Source: Candidatus Tectimicrobiota bacterium (GTDB lineage: Bacteria; JACPUC01). Taken from it: DNA of 64,000 bases. The notes under the pieces were generated by a model. The model was given only the letters and a program-made list of their open reading frames with translations, made no database searches and was not told the DNA's origin. The DNA lies in assembly GCA_016192455.1 (NCBI GenBank), contig JACPUC010000003.1, positions 248,001 to 312,000 on the forward strand, read 5' to 3'. Shown here piece by piece: positions 10,126-25,212 of the stretch (the stretch's first letter is position 1; each line of letters opens with the position of its first letter). The translations under genes and the position numbers were made by a program.

Positions 10126-11055
10126 CTACCCCTGCTGGTCCAGGGAACTCAGCCCCGCCTCGGATGGAGCGAAGAAGTACGCTCCCGACAGCGCTCGCGT
10201 GAAGTCCATCAGGTGGTCATGCCGGCCGTCGCCGCTGGCGCCGAACATGCGCGCCAGCATCTTGTCGAAGGTGCTGAGTGTCTTGGCGTAGGCAATGAAG
10301 AAGAGCCCCGCCTCGGAGGTCGTGCCGTAGGGGAAGCTGTGCCGTACGATCTCCAGCTCCTCGCCCTCCTCCTCGATCACCACCCGGCTGATGTGGGCCG
10401 TCTGCGGCTTCACCCCCGCCGCCAGCTCGACGCTGTCGGGCTTGGTGCGCCCGATGATCTTCTCCTGGGCCTCCGCGGCAAGGGCCGACCACGCCGTCAG
10501 GTTGTGCACGTAGCGCTGCGTCAGGACGTAGCTGCCGCCGGCGAAGTCGGCGTCCTCCTCGCCGATCAACGCCACGGCGGCGCGCTCCGCCCCCTTCGGG
10601 TTCTCCGTGCCGTCAATAAAGCCCGTGAGGTCGCGGCTGTCCAGGTAGCGGAAGCCGCTCACCTCGTCGAGCACGGTCGCGGCGGCCCCCAGCTCGGCGC
10701 GCAGCCGCCGCGCCAGCTCGAAATTGAGGTCATGCCGCTGCGAGGTGATGTGCAGCAGGATGTCTCCGCCGCTGGCGGGCGCCTCCAGGCCAGCGCCGCG
10801 AATCGGCTGGAAGGAGCGCAGCTCGCGCGGCCGCCGGTTTGGCGCGATGGCGGCCCAGAACTCCGCCCCGAGGCTCGCCACGCAGCGGAGCCCGGCCTGC
10901 TCGTCGAGGGCGGCGACGGCCCGCAGCGTTGCCGGAACAGCGCGCAGCCGCCGCGCCAGCTCGCGCGCCTCGGCGGCGCGGTTGACCGCCTTGAGAATGA
11001 GGAAATACGCGAACGCCCCCGGCTCCGGCGGAATCCCATCTTGCGGCGTTGGCAT
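10126..11055 (-). CDS. Dyp-type peroxidase
   Basis: GFIDGTENP (GxxDG), TAHISR proximal His, IVRHSFPYG, GLFFIAY. Confidence 0.93.
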   Translation of the reverse strand: MPTPQDGIPPEPGAFAYFLILKAVNRAAEARELARRLRAVPATLRAVAALDEQAGLRCVASLGAEFWAAIAPNRRPRELRSFQPIRGAGLEAPASGGDILLHITSQRHDLNFELARRLRAELGAAATVLDEVSGFRYLDSRDLTGFIDGTENPKGAERAAVALIGEEDADFAGGSYVLTQRYVHNLTAWSALAAEAQEKIIGRTKPDSVELAAGVKPQTAHISRVVIEEEGEELEIVRHSFPYGTTSEAGLFFIAYAKTLSTFDKMLARMFGASGDGRHDHLMDFTRALSGAYFFAPSEAGLSSLDQQG

Positions 11056-11276
11056 GACGGCGCCTCGACGGTGACGGCGAGCACGCTACGTGTCGCGGAG
11101 AGGTATCGAGACAAGCGCACCAGCGCCTCGGCGACCCCTCTCCGACGCCACGCTCCATCATCACGAACGAGCCCCGCGATCGTGCGGAAACTCGCCTGGC
11201 GTCCCTTTCCGCCCCATGCCGGCGCGGCGACGGTCGAGCTCGGGCCGCGCCGCGCCGGCGGGCTGGCGGCGGGGAC

Positions 11277-12278
11277 CTACTTCAGGAACCGCAGGTCCAC
11301 CACCTTCTCCATCGGCAGCTTCTGTTTGATGAAGCCCTGATCAAAGAAGTAGTCCTGCAGGGCGGACACGCTCTCCACCAGGACCTTGCCGTCGTTATCG
11401 AGGTAGAACGGGATAGAGGCCTTGATCATCTCCTGCGGCACCTTCGTGTACTTGCCGATGATGTCGAGCATCTCGTTCTCCTGCATGCCGCGCGCGTTGA
11501 AGTACTTGATGCCTTTCAGGTAGGCGCGCATGAACTTGCGGCCAACCTCCTCTTCCTCGCGGATGAACTTGCCAGAGTAGAGGATTTCCGCCACCTGCAG
11601 CTTTTGCAGTTCCGGGATTTTGTCCGCCGGCAGGAAGCGGACGGCTACGCCCTCCTTCTCGGCGCGCACCGTCCACGGTTCCACCGTCACCGCCGCGTCG
11701 ATCGACTTCGTTTGCAGGGCCTGGAAAATCTTCGGCGGGGCCATGTACACCAGGTTCACCTTGCTGACGTCCAGTCCTTTGTTCTTGGCGATGTAGTGCA
11801 GGATGTAGTCGTTGATGATCCCCTTGGCGTGGCTGGCGACGCGCCGCCCGGCCAGGTCCTGCACGTCCTTGATCGCGCCGGAATCGAGGAGGTCCTTGCG
11901 GATGATGAGCTGCACGAAGCCGTAGCCGGGTCGAATCTGCCCCTTGTCGGCGACGATGCGGAAATCCGCGCCCTTGGCGATGCTGTTGAACAAGCCGGCG
12001 CTGGCCGACCCCGCAGCCACCTGGATGTCGCCGGTGGCGAGGGCGCTGATCATCTTGGCGCCGGAGGCGAAGTTGATCAGTTCAACCTCGAGGCCCTCTT
12101 CCTTGTAGAACCCTTTCTCGATGGCGACGAAGATCGGGGCATAGGAGATAAGCGGCGAGGACCCCACCTTGACTTTGGTGAGCGCCGCCGCGCCGCTTGG
12201 CGCCAGCAGGCCAACCAGGAACGCCGCCGCCGCCAACAGAATGACTCCCCGTTGCAGTCGCTGCCTCATGCCAGTCAT
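11277..12278 (-). CDS. ABC transporter substrate-binding protein (SsuA/THI5/NitT family)
   Basis: Signal peptide; APIFVAIEKGFYKEEGLEVEL motif; DLAGRRVA. Confidence 0.9.
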   Translation of the reverse strand: MTGMRQRLQRGVILLAAAAFLVGLLAPSGAAALTKVKVGSSPLISYAPIFVAIEKGFYKEEGLEVELINFASGAKMISALATGDIQVAAGSASAGLFNSIAKGADFRIVADKGQIRPGYGFVQLIIRKDLLDSGAIKDVQDLAGRRVASHAKGIINDYILHYIAKNKGLDVSKVNLVYMAPPKIFQALQTKSIDAAVTVEPWTVRAEKEGVAVRFLPADKIPELQKLQVAEILYSGKFIREEEEVGRKFMRAYLKGIKYFNARGMQENEMLDIIGKYTKVPQEMIKASIPFYLDNDGKVLVESVSALQDYFFDQGFIKQKLPMEKVVDLRFLK

Positions 12279-12380
12279 GAGCCGTCCTCCTTTCTTGCCT
12301 CGTCGTCTCGCGGACCCAGTCGCGCAACAGGCGCCGCGCGCAGCCGCGGCAGCCCCTGCCGGTGAAACGAACTCCTTCAG

Positions 12381-12431
12381 GGCGCGGCCGCGTCCGGCGG
12401 CGCAGGCTCGCCGCCCGCATCCACGTCGAGC
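12381..12431 (+). repeat. Direct repeat copy A (duplicate of creatininase gene 3' end)
   Basis: 46/51 identical to 13310-13360. Confidence 0.85.
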
Positions 12432-12534
12432 CGGGCCGCGAGGCGTGCAGGTCGCCTACAGGCGCCCCTCTCAGGGCAGCGCGCACCACCTGCCGCGAAC
12501 GTCATGAGCCTGCCGCTTTGCCATTAAACGCCCC

Positions 12535-12573
12535 TTGACGCCCGCCGCGCGCGTATCTACAATATAGATATAC
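12535..12573 (+). promoter_or_regulatory. sigma70 promoter and palindromic operator of mazEF
   Basis: TTGACG-17bp-TACAAT; inverted repeat TATCTA-N5-TAGATA overlapping -10. Confidence 0.8.
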
Positions 12574-12597
12574 CGCCGTGGCGAGGAGAAGGAGCCC

Positions 12598-12837
12598 ATG
12601 AAGGTTCATGTATCACGCTGGGGCAACAGCCTTGCCCTCAGAATCCCGGCGCCCTTCGCCCGCGAACTCCATGTCGAGGAGGGGAGCGAGGTTGATCTCA
12701 CCGTCGCGCACGGTCGGCTCCTCGTCACCCCCGCATCGCCGCGCTACGACCTCGAGGCGCTCGTCGCCGCGATCACGCCGCGGAACCTCCTCGACGAGGC
12801 AGACTGGAGCGGCCCGCGCGGGCATGAGGCATGGTGA
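12598..12837 (+). CDS. mazE: AbrB/MazE-family antitoxin
   Basis: SRWGNSLALRIP N-terminus; C-terminal W..PRGHEAW; overlaps toxin start. Confidence 0.92.
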   Translation: MKVHVSRWGNSLALRIPAPFARELHVEEGSEVDLTVAHGRLLVTPASPRYDLEALVAAITPRNLLDEADWSGPRGHEAW

Positions 12838-13178
12838 GGCGCAGGCCCTACGTCCCCGAGCGCGGCGATCTCATCTGGCTCGCCGTCGATCCCCAGGCCG
12901 GCCACGAGCAAGCCGGGCAGCGTCCCGCCCTCGTCCTCTCACCCGCAAGCTACAACGGCAAGACCAGCCTCGCCCTTGTCTGCCCCGTCACCGCCGCCAG
13001 GAAAGGATACCCGTTCGAGGTGGACCTGCCGCCCGGCCTTGGAGTCCATGGCGTCATCCTAGCGGACCAGCTCAGGTGCCTCGACTGGAGAGCGCGTCAC
13101 GCCGCGCCTGCCGCAACCGCCCCGCCGCAGGTGCTTGAGGAGGTTCTCGCCAGGGTGCGGGCCCTGCTTGGCCTGTAG
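12831..13178 (+). CDS. mazF: MazF/PemK endoribonuclease toxin
   Basis: YVPERGDLIWL..DPQAGHEQAGQRPALVLSP..YN; KGYPFEV; DQLRCLDWRAR. Confidence 0.95.
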   Translation: MVRRRPYVPERGDLIWLAVDPQAGHEQAGQRPALVLSPASYNGKTSLALVCPVTAARKGYPFEVDLPPGLGVHGVILADQLRCLDWRARHAAPAATAPPQVLEEVLARVRALLGL

Positions 13179-13305
13179 GCTTGTGGCGGAGAACGGCCGG
13201 CGATCTTTCTCCCCTCGGCCGTTGCTCCACGTCCGGCCTGTCCGCTTCCGCCGCGGCGACCACGCTCCGCGAACCGGCGGCATCCACGCAGGGCAACCGC
13301 TCCCT

Positions 13306-14103
13306 CTACGGCGGGGCCGCGGCAGGCGGCGCAGGCTCGCCGCCCGCATCGACATCGAGCGCCAGGAACTCCTCGACGATCACCCGCAGACGCTCCACCG
13401 CCGCCTCGACGATGGCCTTCCCCTTCGCCGCGTCCGCCTGGCTCGGCGCCCCCACGACGCCTGACGGCGACATCGTCTGCCGCAGGTGCGGGATGAAGGC
13501 GGCCGGCGTGGCCTTCGGCATCGACGGCAGCGGCGCCGCGTAGCGGTGCTCCGCCAGCTCCCCCTGCGCCGCCAGGTGGGGCCGCAGGTACGCCACCACC
13601 GAGGTCTCGAACTCGCCTGCGTGGTCGATTCCACCCGCTACCGTAGCACAAATCTCGCGCATTGCATCGGCGATGTAGCGGAACCAGGTGACCGCCAGGG
13701 CGCGCAGGCCGTGCTCGTCCAGCAACCGCGCCGCCACCGCCTGGGTCAGCGCGTGCTGGCCGCCGTGACCGTTCAGCAGCACGACGTGGCGGAAGCCGCC
13801 GCGCGCGATGCTCACGCAGGCGTCCACGACGAGCCGCGACCAGGTGTCGAAGCGCAGCGTCACCGTGCCGGGGTAGTCGCGGTTATCGCTCGAGAAGCCC
13901 GTCCACAGCGCCGGCAGCACCAGCAGCTTGTCGACGGCCCCCGCCAACCGCGCCGCCACCTCGTAGACGTTCGCCGCGTCGGTATCCACCGGCAGGTGGT
14001 AGCCATGCTGCTCCATCGACCCCAGCGGCAAGATGACCCCCCACCCCGCCCGCGCGCAGGCCCGGATCGTCGGCCACGTCTGCTCGCTCCAGAGTAAGCC
14101 CAT
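13306..14103 (-). CDS. Creatininase/creatinine amidohydrolase family protein
   Basis: GSMEQHGYHLPVDTD, NGHGG, DHAGEFETS motifs. Confidence 0.92.
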   Translation of the reverse strand: MGLLWSEQTWPTIRACARAGWGVILPLGSMEQHGYHLPVDTDAANVYEVAARLAGAVDKLLVLPALWTGFSSDNRDYPGTVTLRFDTWSRLVVDACVSIARGGFRHVVLLNGHGGQHALTQAVAARLLDEHGLRALAVTWFRYIADAMREICATVAGGIDHAGEFETSVVAYLRPHLAAQGELAEHRYAAPLPSMPKATPAAFIPHLRQTMSPSGVVGAPSQADAAKGKAIVEAAVERLRVIVEEFLALDVDAGGEPAPPAAAPP

Positions 14104-14149
14104 GGGCGTGCTCTCCTCTCCCGCCAGCCAGGCGGGCGACCACGTGGTG

Positions 14150-14320
14150 CTACCGCCAGAGCTTGCGGATGGCGCGGCCCGCGGCGCGGTGCGCGGGCTT
14201 GGCATAGAGGAAGCGTCGCGCGATCCGGGACGGCTTGCCGCTGAGCAGCACGCTCAGCGAGATGAGCGCGCGGTTAACCTTGAAGAGACCGCGGATGACG
14301 TTGTTGAGGGTCTTGCTCAT
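14150..14320 (-). CDS. Small basic hypothetical protein (56 aa)
   Basis: AAGGGAGT RBS before ATG; MSKTLNNVIRGLF...IRKLWR. Confidence 0.55.
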   Translation of the reverse strand: MSKTLNNVIRGLFKVNRALISLSVLLSGKPSRIARRFLYAKPAHRAAGRAIRKLWR

Positions 14321-14361
14321 GGTGGACTCCCTTGAATGTTTCTTGCAGCGTCCATCGAGCC

Positions 14362-14769
14362 TTAGCGCTGTTCGCCGAGCCAATGAAAGATGCTGATGAT
14401 GTACTTTGAGAACCGGGTCAAGTCACGTAATTCTTTTCGAGGAAAAGTTCCTCGCAAGTACCCCTCCCAGCGCTCGTGTACCTTTCGAAACTCACCCTTT
14501 GGAATGTGCTGGATATTCTCCGCCCTGCGAGGATCAACCTCTATGTACGATGGTGTCACCAGGACGATACGAAATGGATCACCAAAATACCCATTGGCGG
14601 CCGTCCAGTTTGGTATCTCCGTGTCTGCATATAGTGTTGCCTGAAGAGCTTCCCATCTCTCATCAAATGTCATGGCGAAGGGTTCCTTGTTCCTATCTGA
14701 TTTTCTGGTGTGAAAAAGCGAGCGCAACCACTCGAATAAACCGTCGAGCATCTTTAACTGCCGCCTCAT
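14362..14769 (-). CDS. Hypothetical protein (lower GC)
   Basis: Protein-like composition, co-oriented with upstream HEPN-like gene; start uncertain. Confidence 0.6.
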   Translation of the reverse strand: MRRQLKMLDGLFEWLRSLFHTRKSDRNKEPFAMTFDERWEALQATLYADTEIPNWTAANGYFGDPFRIVLVTPSYIEVDPRRAENIQHIPKGEFRKVHERWEGYLRGTFPRKELRDLTRFSKYIISIFHWLGEQR

Positions 14770-14800
14770 GACGCTATGCCTCTCTAGCGGTAACCTTGTC

Positions 14801-15334
14801 TTAAGTAGAGGGCGTTAGATGTCTCAGTATGTCGTCGAGGATGAAGAGGCAACACCTACAAACATCCTCAGGAACTGGAACGCTCATATTTTCTTTCAGA
14901 TACCGGTACGGATGAACAAGGTTTCGCACACGAATCAACAAGTGCAGAAAATCTATGCATTGAAATCCAGGCATTAGATGGTCGAGGGTATGGTCGTCAA
15001 CCTGCATTTTCTTTTGTTCCCCCTCAGGGAGCCATTTCGACAGGTCCTTTGGTATCCAGTTAAGTTCATCCGCCACTTCGACCAAATGAGAAAGGCTCCA
15101 TTGGGTATATGGTCTTAATGTGCCGTTCTTGTGCCGAGGGGTGCTGGTGGCTTTGTGAACATCCTGTGGATGCCAGATTACGAGGGCCAACAATGCAGCT
15201 TCCAAGGCCGTGCCTACTACAAGACATCCGGCGAAATAAGCCTCGGAACGAAGGCACCCGATTGCCTCTTGCCTGGAATAATCCGCGAGTTCTACAAGTC
15301 GGCGAATATCTGTCGTATCCATAGCAACAGCCAT
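14801..15334 (-). CDS. Putative HEPN-like protein
   Basis: Helical N-terminus [18 protein letters not shown] and RVRNLVHP (Rx4-6H); ATG at 15334 immediately after stop of upstream remnant. Confidence 0.55.
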   Translation of the reverse strand: MAVAMDTTDIRRLVELADYSRQEAIGCLRSEAYFAGCLVVGTALEAALLALVIWHPQDVHKATSTPRHKNGTLRPYTQWSLSHLVEVADELNWIPKDLSKWLPEGEQKKMQVDDHTLDHLMPGFQCIDFLHLLIRVRNLVHPYRYLKENMSVPVPEDVCRCCLFILDDILRHLTPST

Positions 15335-15335
15335 T

Positions 15336-15775
15336 TCATCCTTGCTCCGCCCCATGCGCGCATCCTGGGTCCGCGGGCGGGGATCGAGGAGGGTTTGGTA
15401 GGGCTGGCCGGTGGTGGTGGCGCGCTGCATGGCGTCGTAGACCTCGAGGATGAGGCGCTTCGCGCGGTACTCGCCGAAACGCTGCTCGTCCTTGCGCTTG
15501 ACGATGGGGAAAGTGTCGAGGATGTAGGCTGCCGCGTCGCGCGGCGTGGGGCAGCGCGCCTGCAACGCCGCAAGCTCCTCCTCCGTCTCCCCACTCGCCC
15601 CTCGCCACTTGCCACTCCCCAAGTACAGATGGAAGAACGCCGCGTCCAGCTCGTAGCGAAGCAGAAACCGCCGCTCCTCGTCCCACCTGAACGGCGGGCC
15701 GTCGTAGCCGCAGTCCTTGGCGAACGGGGCCAGGTCCCAGGCGGTGTAGGTGAGTTCGAGGACGCGAGGAAGGAG
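15336..15775 (-). pseudogene. C-terminal remnant of Eco57I-like (Type IIG/IIL, DISARM DrmMI-like) methylase
   Basis: [44 protein letters not shown]; 1-bp frameshift near 15380 breaks expected [11 protein letters not shown] ending; no N-terminal part. Confidence 0.7.
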
Positions 15776-15823
15776 CCTTCCCCTCGGCCGCCGAAAGAAC
15801 TCCCTTGCGTTGAACAGCAAGAA

Positions 15824-16645
15824 CTACTGAACCTTATACAACAACCGGCGCTTCAATCGTTCTTTCGCATACATTTCACCACGATGCTCGTATTCAGCGA
15901 GCTCAATGACGGCCTGGACCAGCTCTTCGGGGTGACAGTTGAAGCAACAGTGGCTGCCGGGGACTTCCGCGTAGGTGAAATTGGTTATGTTCCCCGACAG
16001 ACGCGGGTCCCATGCCTTACGGTACTCCCACTCATAACACACATCCTTGACACCGTTGATGAAGCTCTTCGGTATTTCCTGCACCCGCGGATCACTGTAG
16101 AAGCGCTTGAGATCAGCTTTCTCGATTGAAGGAGCTAATGGCTGAGGTTGCCAGCGTTGCAAGTCGGCTGTTTGTTCCTCGCCGGTCATATCCTGCATCC
16201 ATTTCTCCCGGATAATGGCATGCGGCGGAACGGGGATCTTGTTTCCCTCTGACGCGGTAAAAAAGCCACCCTCGACCTCCGGAGGACGTACATCCCTCAC
16301 CGATTCGCCATCTTTCAAGATGAAGCCCATATACCAGATCAGATGCGAAATTCTTTCCGGGATTTCTTGCGCCGTGAGCTGGATGACCAAGCCGCCCATG
16401 CTGTTGCCAACAAGGACGACGCAGTCCAAGTCATGTTCCTGGATGAACTCCGCAACGGCGCGCGGGTAGTCGGCAAGCCGCACCCGCTCAATCTCATGGT
16501 AGCGCGAGCCGTGCCCCGGCAGGTCGAGAGCATACGCCTCGCGCCCCCAGGCCTGCATGATTTGCAGAACCCGCTCCCAGCACCAGGCCGCGCGCCAGGA
16601 TGGATGAATAAAGAGGTAGGGAACGTTCTCTTTGATGCGCGCCAT
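15824..16645 (-). CDS. Alpha/beta hydrolase
   Basis: AWCWERV, LDLPGHG, GNSMGG nucleophile elbow, C-terminal GSH. Confidence 0.85.
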   Translation of the reverse strand: MARIKENVPYLFIHPSWRAAWCWERVLQIMQAWGREAYALDLPGHGSRYHEIERVRLADYPRAVAEFIQEHDLDCVVLVGNSMGGLVIQLTAQEIPERISHLIWYMGFILKDGESVRDVRPPEVEGGFFTASEGNKIPVPPHAIIREKWMQDMTGEEQTADLQRWQPQPLAPSIEKADLKRFYSDPRVQEIPKSFINGVKDVCYEWEYRKAWDPRLSGNITNFTYAEVPGSHCCFNCHPEELVQAVIELAEYEHRGEMYAKERLKRRLLYKVQ

Positions 16646-16828
16646 GCTATACCTCTCTCCTTGATTAGGCCATGGAAGCTAGCCTTGCTTGTGTGGGTCA
16701 TGACGCCGATCTACTTGCCATGGCCCAAATGCCTCACGAGGATTCGTTTTCCTGCCTCTCTGCAGCGCCTGGTGTCGTACACCCTCTCGCCGAAGCGCTT
16801 GGTGCGACGTGCATCATTGCTATCACCC

Positions 16829-16914
16829 TGGCGGAGGGAGAGGGATTCGAACCCCCGGTCCTTTCGGACTGCGGTTTTCAAGACCGCCGCCTTCGACCAC
16901 TCGGCCATCCCTCC
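16829..16914 (-). tRNA. tRNA-Ser(TGA)
   Basis: GGAGGGATGGCCGAGTGG...CTTGAAA...long variable arm...GGTTCGAATCCC...GCCA. Confidence 0.97.
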
Positions 16915-16917
16915 GCC

Positions 16918-17060
16918 GTAGGGCGGTTGCGCGAGCGCCCAAATGTCCGGAGAATGAACCACAGATGGACACGGATGCACACGGATATGTAGGGATAATG
17001 TAGGGGCGGTTCGCGAACCGCCCCTGCAATCAGTGTCTATCTGTGTCTATCCGTGGTTCC
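16918..17060. repeat. REP cluster: GTAG REP (17000-17027) bracketed by inverted 9-mer tandem arrays; degenerate REP at 16918
   Basis: GAACCACAGATGGACACGGATGCACACGGAT ... ATCAGTGTCTATCTGTGTCTATCCGTGGTTC. Confidence 0.75.
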
Positions 17061-17107
17061 TTCACACGAAACCACTACCACTATCGGCGAGGGTGTGACT
17101 CGCAACA

Positions 17108-18388
17108 TCAGGGCGCCGCCGTGATACGCTCCAGGCCGCCCATATAGGGAATGAGCGCTGCGGGAAGAAGCACGTCGCCGTTTTCCTGCTGGTAGTTTTC
17201 GAGGAGGGCGGCGAAGGTGCGCCCGACCGCCAGGCCGGAACCGTTCAGGGTGTGCACGAAGACCGGTTTGGGGTACGGTCCGCCCTTGGCGCGGATGTTC
17301 GCCCGCCGCGCCTGGAAGTCCTCGAAGTTCGAGCAGGAGGAGATTTCGCGGAAGCGCTGTTGGGCCGGGAACCAGACCTCGAGGTCGTAGGTCTTGGCGG
17401 CGGCGAAACCGAGGTCGCCGGCGCACAGGGTGACGACGCGGTAGTGCAGGCCGAGGCGCCGCAGGACGGCTTCGGCGTGGCCCGTCAGGCGCTCCAGCTC
17501 GTCGTAGGAGGTCTGCGGGTCGACGAGCTTGACGAGCTCGACCTTGTTGAACTGGTGCTGGCGGATGAGGCCGCGGGTGTCCTTGCCGTAGGAGCCGGCC
17601 TCGCGGCGGAAGCAGGCGGAGTAGGCGGCGTAGGAGATGGGGAGCTGCTCGTAGGGGATGATCTCCTCGCGGTGGATGTTGGTCACCGGCACTTCGGCGG
17701 TGGGGATGAGGTAGTAGTCGCTGTCGCGCAGCTTGAAGAGGTCATCCTCGAACTTCGGCAGTTGGCCGGTGCCGGTGAGGCTGGCGCTGTTGACGATGAA
17801 GGGGGTGAAGGTCTCGCGGTAGCCGTGCTCACTGGTGTGCAGGTCGAGCATGAAGTTGATGAGGGCGCGCTCAAGTCGGGCGCCGGCCCCCTGCGTTAGG
17901 GCGAAGCGGGTGCCGGCAAGGCGGGCGGCGCGCTTGAAGTCGAGGATGCCGAGGCCTTCGCCGATGTCCACGTGATCCCGCGGCGTGAAGGCGAAGGCGG
18001 GCGGCGCGCCCCAGCGCCGTTCCTCGCGGTTCTCCGCGTCGGCGGCGCCGGCGGGCACGCTGGCGTGCGGCAGGTTGGGCAGCTCGAGGAGCGCCGCGGT
18101 CACCGCCTCGTCGAGGCGGCGGGTCTCCTCCTCCAGGGCCTTGATCTTAGCGGAGAGGGCGCGCATGGCGGCGATGGCCGCGGCGGCGTCGGCCCCTTTC
18201 TGGCGCAGCCGCGCGGCCTCGTCGTTCATCTGGTTGCGCTCGGCGCGCAGCGTATCGAGGGCGCCGCGCTGGACGCGCAGCTCCTCGGCCAAGCCGATGA
18301 CGCGGTCAAGGTCGAGGGCCGTGCCGCGCTGCGCCAGGCGGCGCTTCGCCTCGTCAGCATGCTCTCGCAGGAAGCGCCGATCGAGCAT
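17108..18388 (-). CDS. serS: Serine--tRNA ligase
   Basis: [42 protein letters not shown]. Confidence 0.98.
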   Translation of the reverse strand: MLDRRFLREHADEAKRRLAQRGTALDLDRVIGLAEELRVQRGALDTLRAERNQMNDEAARLRQKGADAAAAIAAMRALSAKIKALEEETRRLDEAVTAALLELPNLPHASVPAGAADAENREERRWGAPPAFAFTPRDHVDIGEGLGILDFKRAARLAGTRFALTQGAGARLERALINFMLDLHTSEHGYRETFTPFIVNSASLTGTGQLPKFEDDLFKLRDSDYYLIPTAEVPVTNIHREEIIPYEQLPISYAAYSACFRREAGSYGKDTRGLIRQHQFNKVELVKLVDPQTSYDELERLTGHAEAVLRRLGLHYRVVTLCAGDLGFAAAKTYDLEVWFPAQQRFREISSCSNFEDFQARRANIRAKGGPYPKPVFVHTLNGSGLAVGRTFAALLENYQQENGDVLLPAALIPYMGGLERITAAP

Positions 18389-18484
18389 GGGCGATCCTCG
18401 CGGGGGGTACGGCGCGCAGCCGCGGGCATGGACCGCGCCCGTCTCGGCCGCAGTGAAGCGGGCAAGATGCCCGCGCTCCCGCCG

Positions 18485-20914
<2,430 letters not shown>

Positions 20915-20988
20915 GGGTATCTCCGCGGCCCGCGCCCGTCGAGGATGGAGCAGAACCTGACGCGGCCTGTCCTGCGCGCCAGGCGAAG

Positions 20989-23630
<2,642 letters not shown>

Positions 23631-23633
23631 CGT

Positions 23634-24977
23634 CTACGCCAGTTCAAGGACGCGGCGGATTTGATCGAGGTCATTCTTCACGGCGGCGCTGGCGGCGACC
23701 TGGGCCTCCACCTTGCGGTAGGAGTGGAGCACGGTCGAGTGATCCTTGCCGCCGAACTGCCTGCCGATCTCCGGGAGGGAAGCGCCGGTGTGCTGGCGGC
23801 AAAGGAACATGGCGATTTGTCGTGGAATGGATATATTGTGGGAGCGTTTCTTGGATTTGAGGTCCGCGAGGTTGAGGTTGAAGTGGTCGCAGACGGCCTT
23901 CTGGATCGCCTTGATCGTGATCAAGCGCTCCTTCAGCGACAGGAGGTGTTGGAGGGTCTCCTCCGCGAGCTGCAAGCTGATGGGTGAGCTGGTGAGCGAG
24001 GAGAAGGCGCTGATGCGCACCAGGGCCCCTTCAAGCTCGCGGATATTCGTGGTGATCTTCGAGGCGATGAAGAGAGCAACATCTTGGGGCAAGTCAATGC
24101 TGCGCTCCTCCGCCTTCTTGTGCAAAATCGCCACCTTTGTTTCCAGGTCCGCTGGCTGGATGTCGGCGATGAGGCCCCACCCAAACCGGGACCGCAAGCG
24201 GTCTTCCATGGCAGGAATTTCCTTCGGATATTGGTCGCTTGAGATGACGATTTGTTTATGATCCCCGTGGAGCGTGTTGAAGGTGTGAAAGAACTCTTCC
24301 TGCGTACGGTCCTTACCGGCCAGGAAGTGGATGTCATCAATAAGCAGCACATCCATCTGCCGATACTTGTCCCGGAAGCCGTTCATACGATCATGCTGCA
24401 GTGAGGAGATCAGGTCGTTGACAAAGTACTCAGATGAGATGTAGGAGAGGCGTGGCTGGGGCGTTTTGCCGACCAGCGCGTTGCCGATCGCATGCAACAG
24501 GTGTGTCTTGCCCAGACCAACACCCCCGTAAATGAAGAGGGGGTTGTAGGACTGTCCCGGAGCATCGGCGACAGCGCGGGCGGCGGCGTGGGCAAACTGA
24601 TTTGAGCCGCCGACCACGAACGTCTGGAACGAATACGCCGCGTTCAGCCCGGATGCGCCCAGCGAAGGCGCCCGTTGCGAGGAGCGCCCCTTCTGCCGCG
24701 CCTCCGAAGGCGGGTGAGCATCGGCCGTGAGAGGAGTAGGAAGCGCAACGTCAAGTACCAGCCGCAAGGTGTGCTGGGCCTGCTCGGCCAAACGCCGCTC
24801 AATAAGCTCGCGGTAGTTCTTGCTGATCCAGTCGCGATGGAACTGGTCCGGAACAAGGATCTCAAAGCAGTCGTCGGAGAGGCGTTTCGGAACCAACGAG
24901 GTAAACCAGGAGTCAAAAGAGTGTGGACTAATATCCTCACAAAGCACAGCGAGAGTCCGACGCCAGAGGTCCTGCAT
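23634..24977 (-). CDS. dnaA: Chromosomal replication initiator DnaA
   Basis: YNPLFIYGGVGLGKTHL, LLIDDI, QEEFFH, NIRELEGAL, GGKDHSTV. Confidence 0.98.
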   Translation of the reverse strand: MQDLWRRTLAVLCEDISPHSFDSWFTSLVPKRLSDDCFEILVPDQFHRDWISKNYRELIERRLAEQAQHTLRLVLDVALPTPLTADAHPPSEARQKGRSSQRAPSLGASGLNAAYSFQTFVVGGSNQFAHAAARAVADAPGQSYNPLFIYGGVGLGKTHLLHAIGNALVGKTPQPRLSYISSEYFVNDLISSLQHDRMNGFRDKYRQMDVLLIDDIHFLAGKDRTQEEFFHTFNTLHGDHKQIVISSDQYPKEIPAMEDRLRSRFGWGLIADIQPADLETKVAILHKKAEERSIDLPQDVALFIASKITTNIRELEGALVRISAFSSLTSSPISLQLAEETLQHLLSLKERLITIKAIQKAVCDHFNLNLADLKSKKRSHNISIPRQIAMFLCRQHTGASLPEIGRQFGGKDHSTVLHSYRKVEAQVAASAAVKNDLDQIRRVLELA

Positions 24978-25212
24978 GGTGGTCTCCAGCCATGAGGCGC
25001 GGTAGATAACATGGCGGCGCCCCGCCAGGGTGCGGTGATTGCCTAGAAGGATGAAGCATGCTATCATCTAGATTGGCGCCCTGGCAAAGGAAAAGAGAGC
25101 CGCGGTCCACGCGGGGCCGCGGAGGCCAAGGGCGCCAAGTGGTTAGCGGGTTAGGTTTAAGGGCGACGGTGACAGACGTCAGCACGAGGACGCGGTCCCA
25201 AAGGAGCCAGGG

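Noticed and set aside
10126-11055. Encapsulin cargo role for the DyP
   Set aside because: No adjacent encapsulin gene and no clear C-terminal targeting peptide
14801-15820. 339-aa ORF as a single real gene
   Set aside because: Chimera produced by a frameshift joining a methylase remnant to a separate downstream gene
16918-17060. CRISPR array
   Set aside because: Repeats are short tandem 9-mers and isolated palindromes without unique spacers; no cas genes in window
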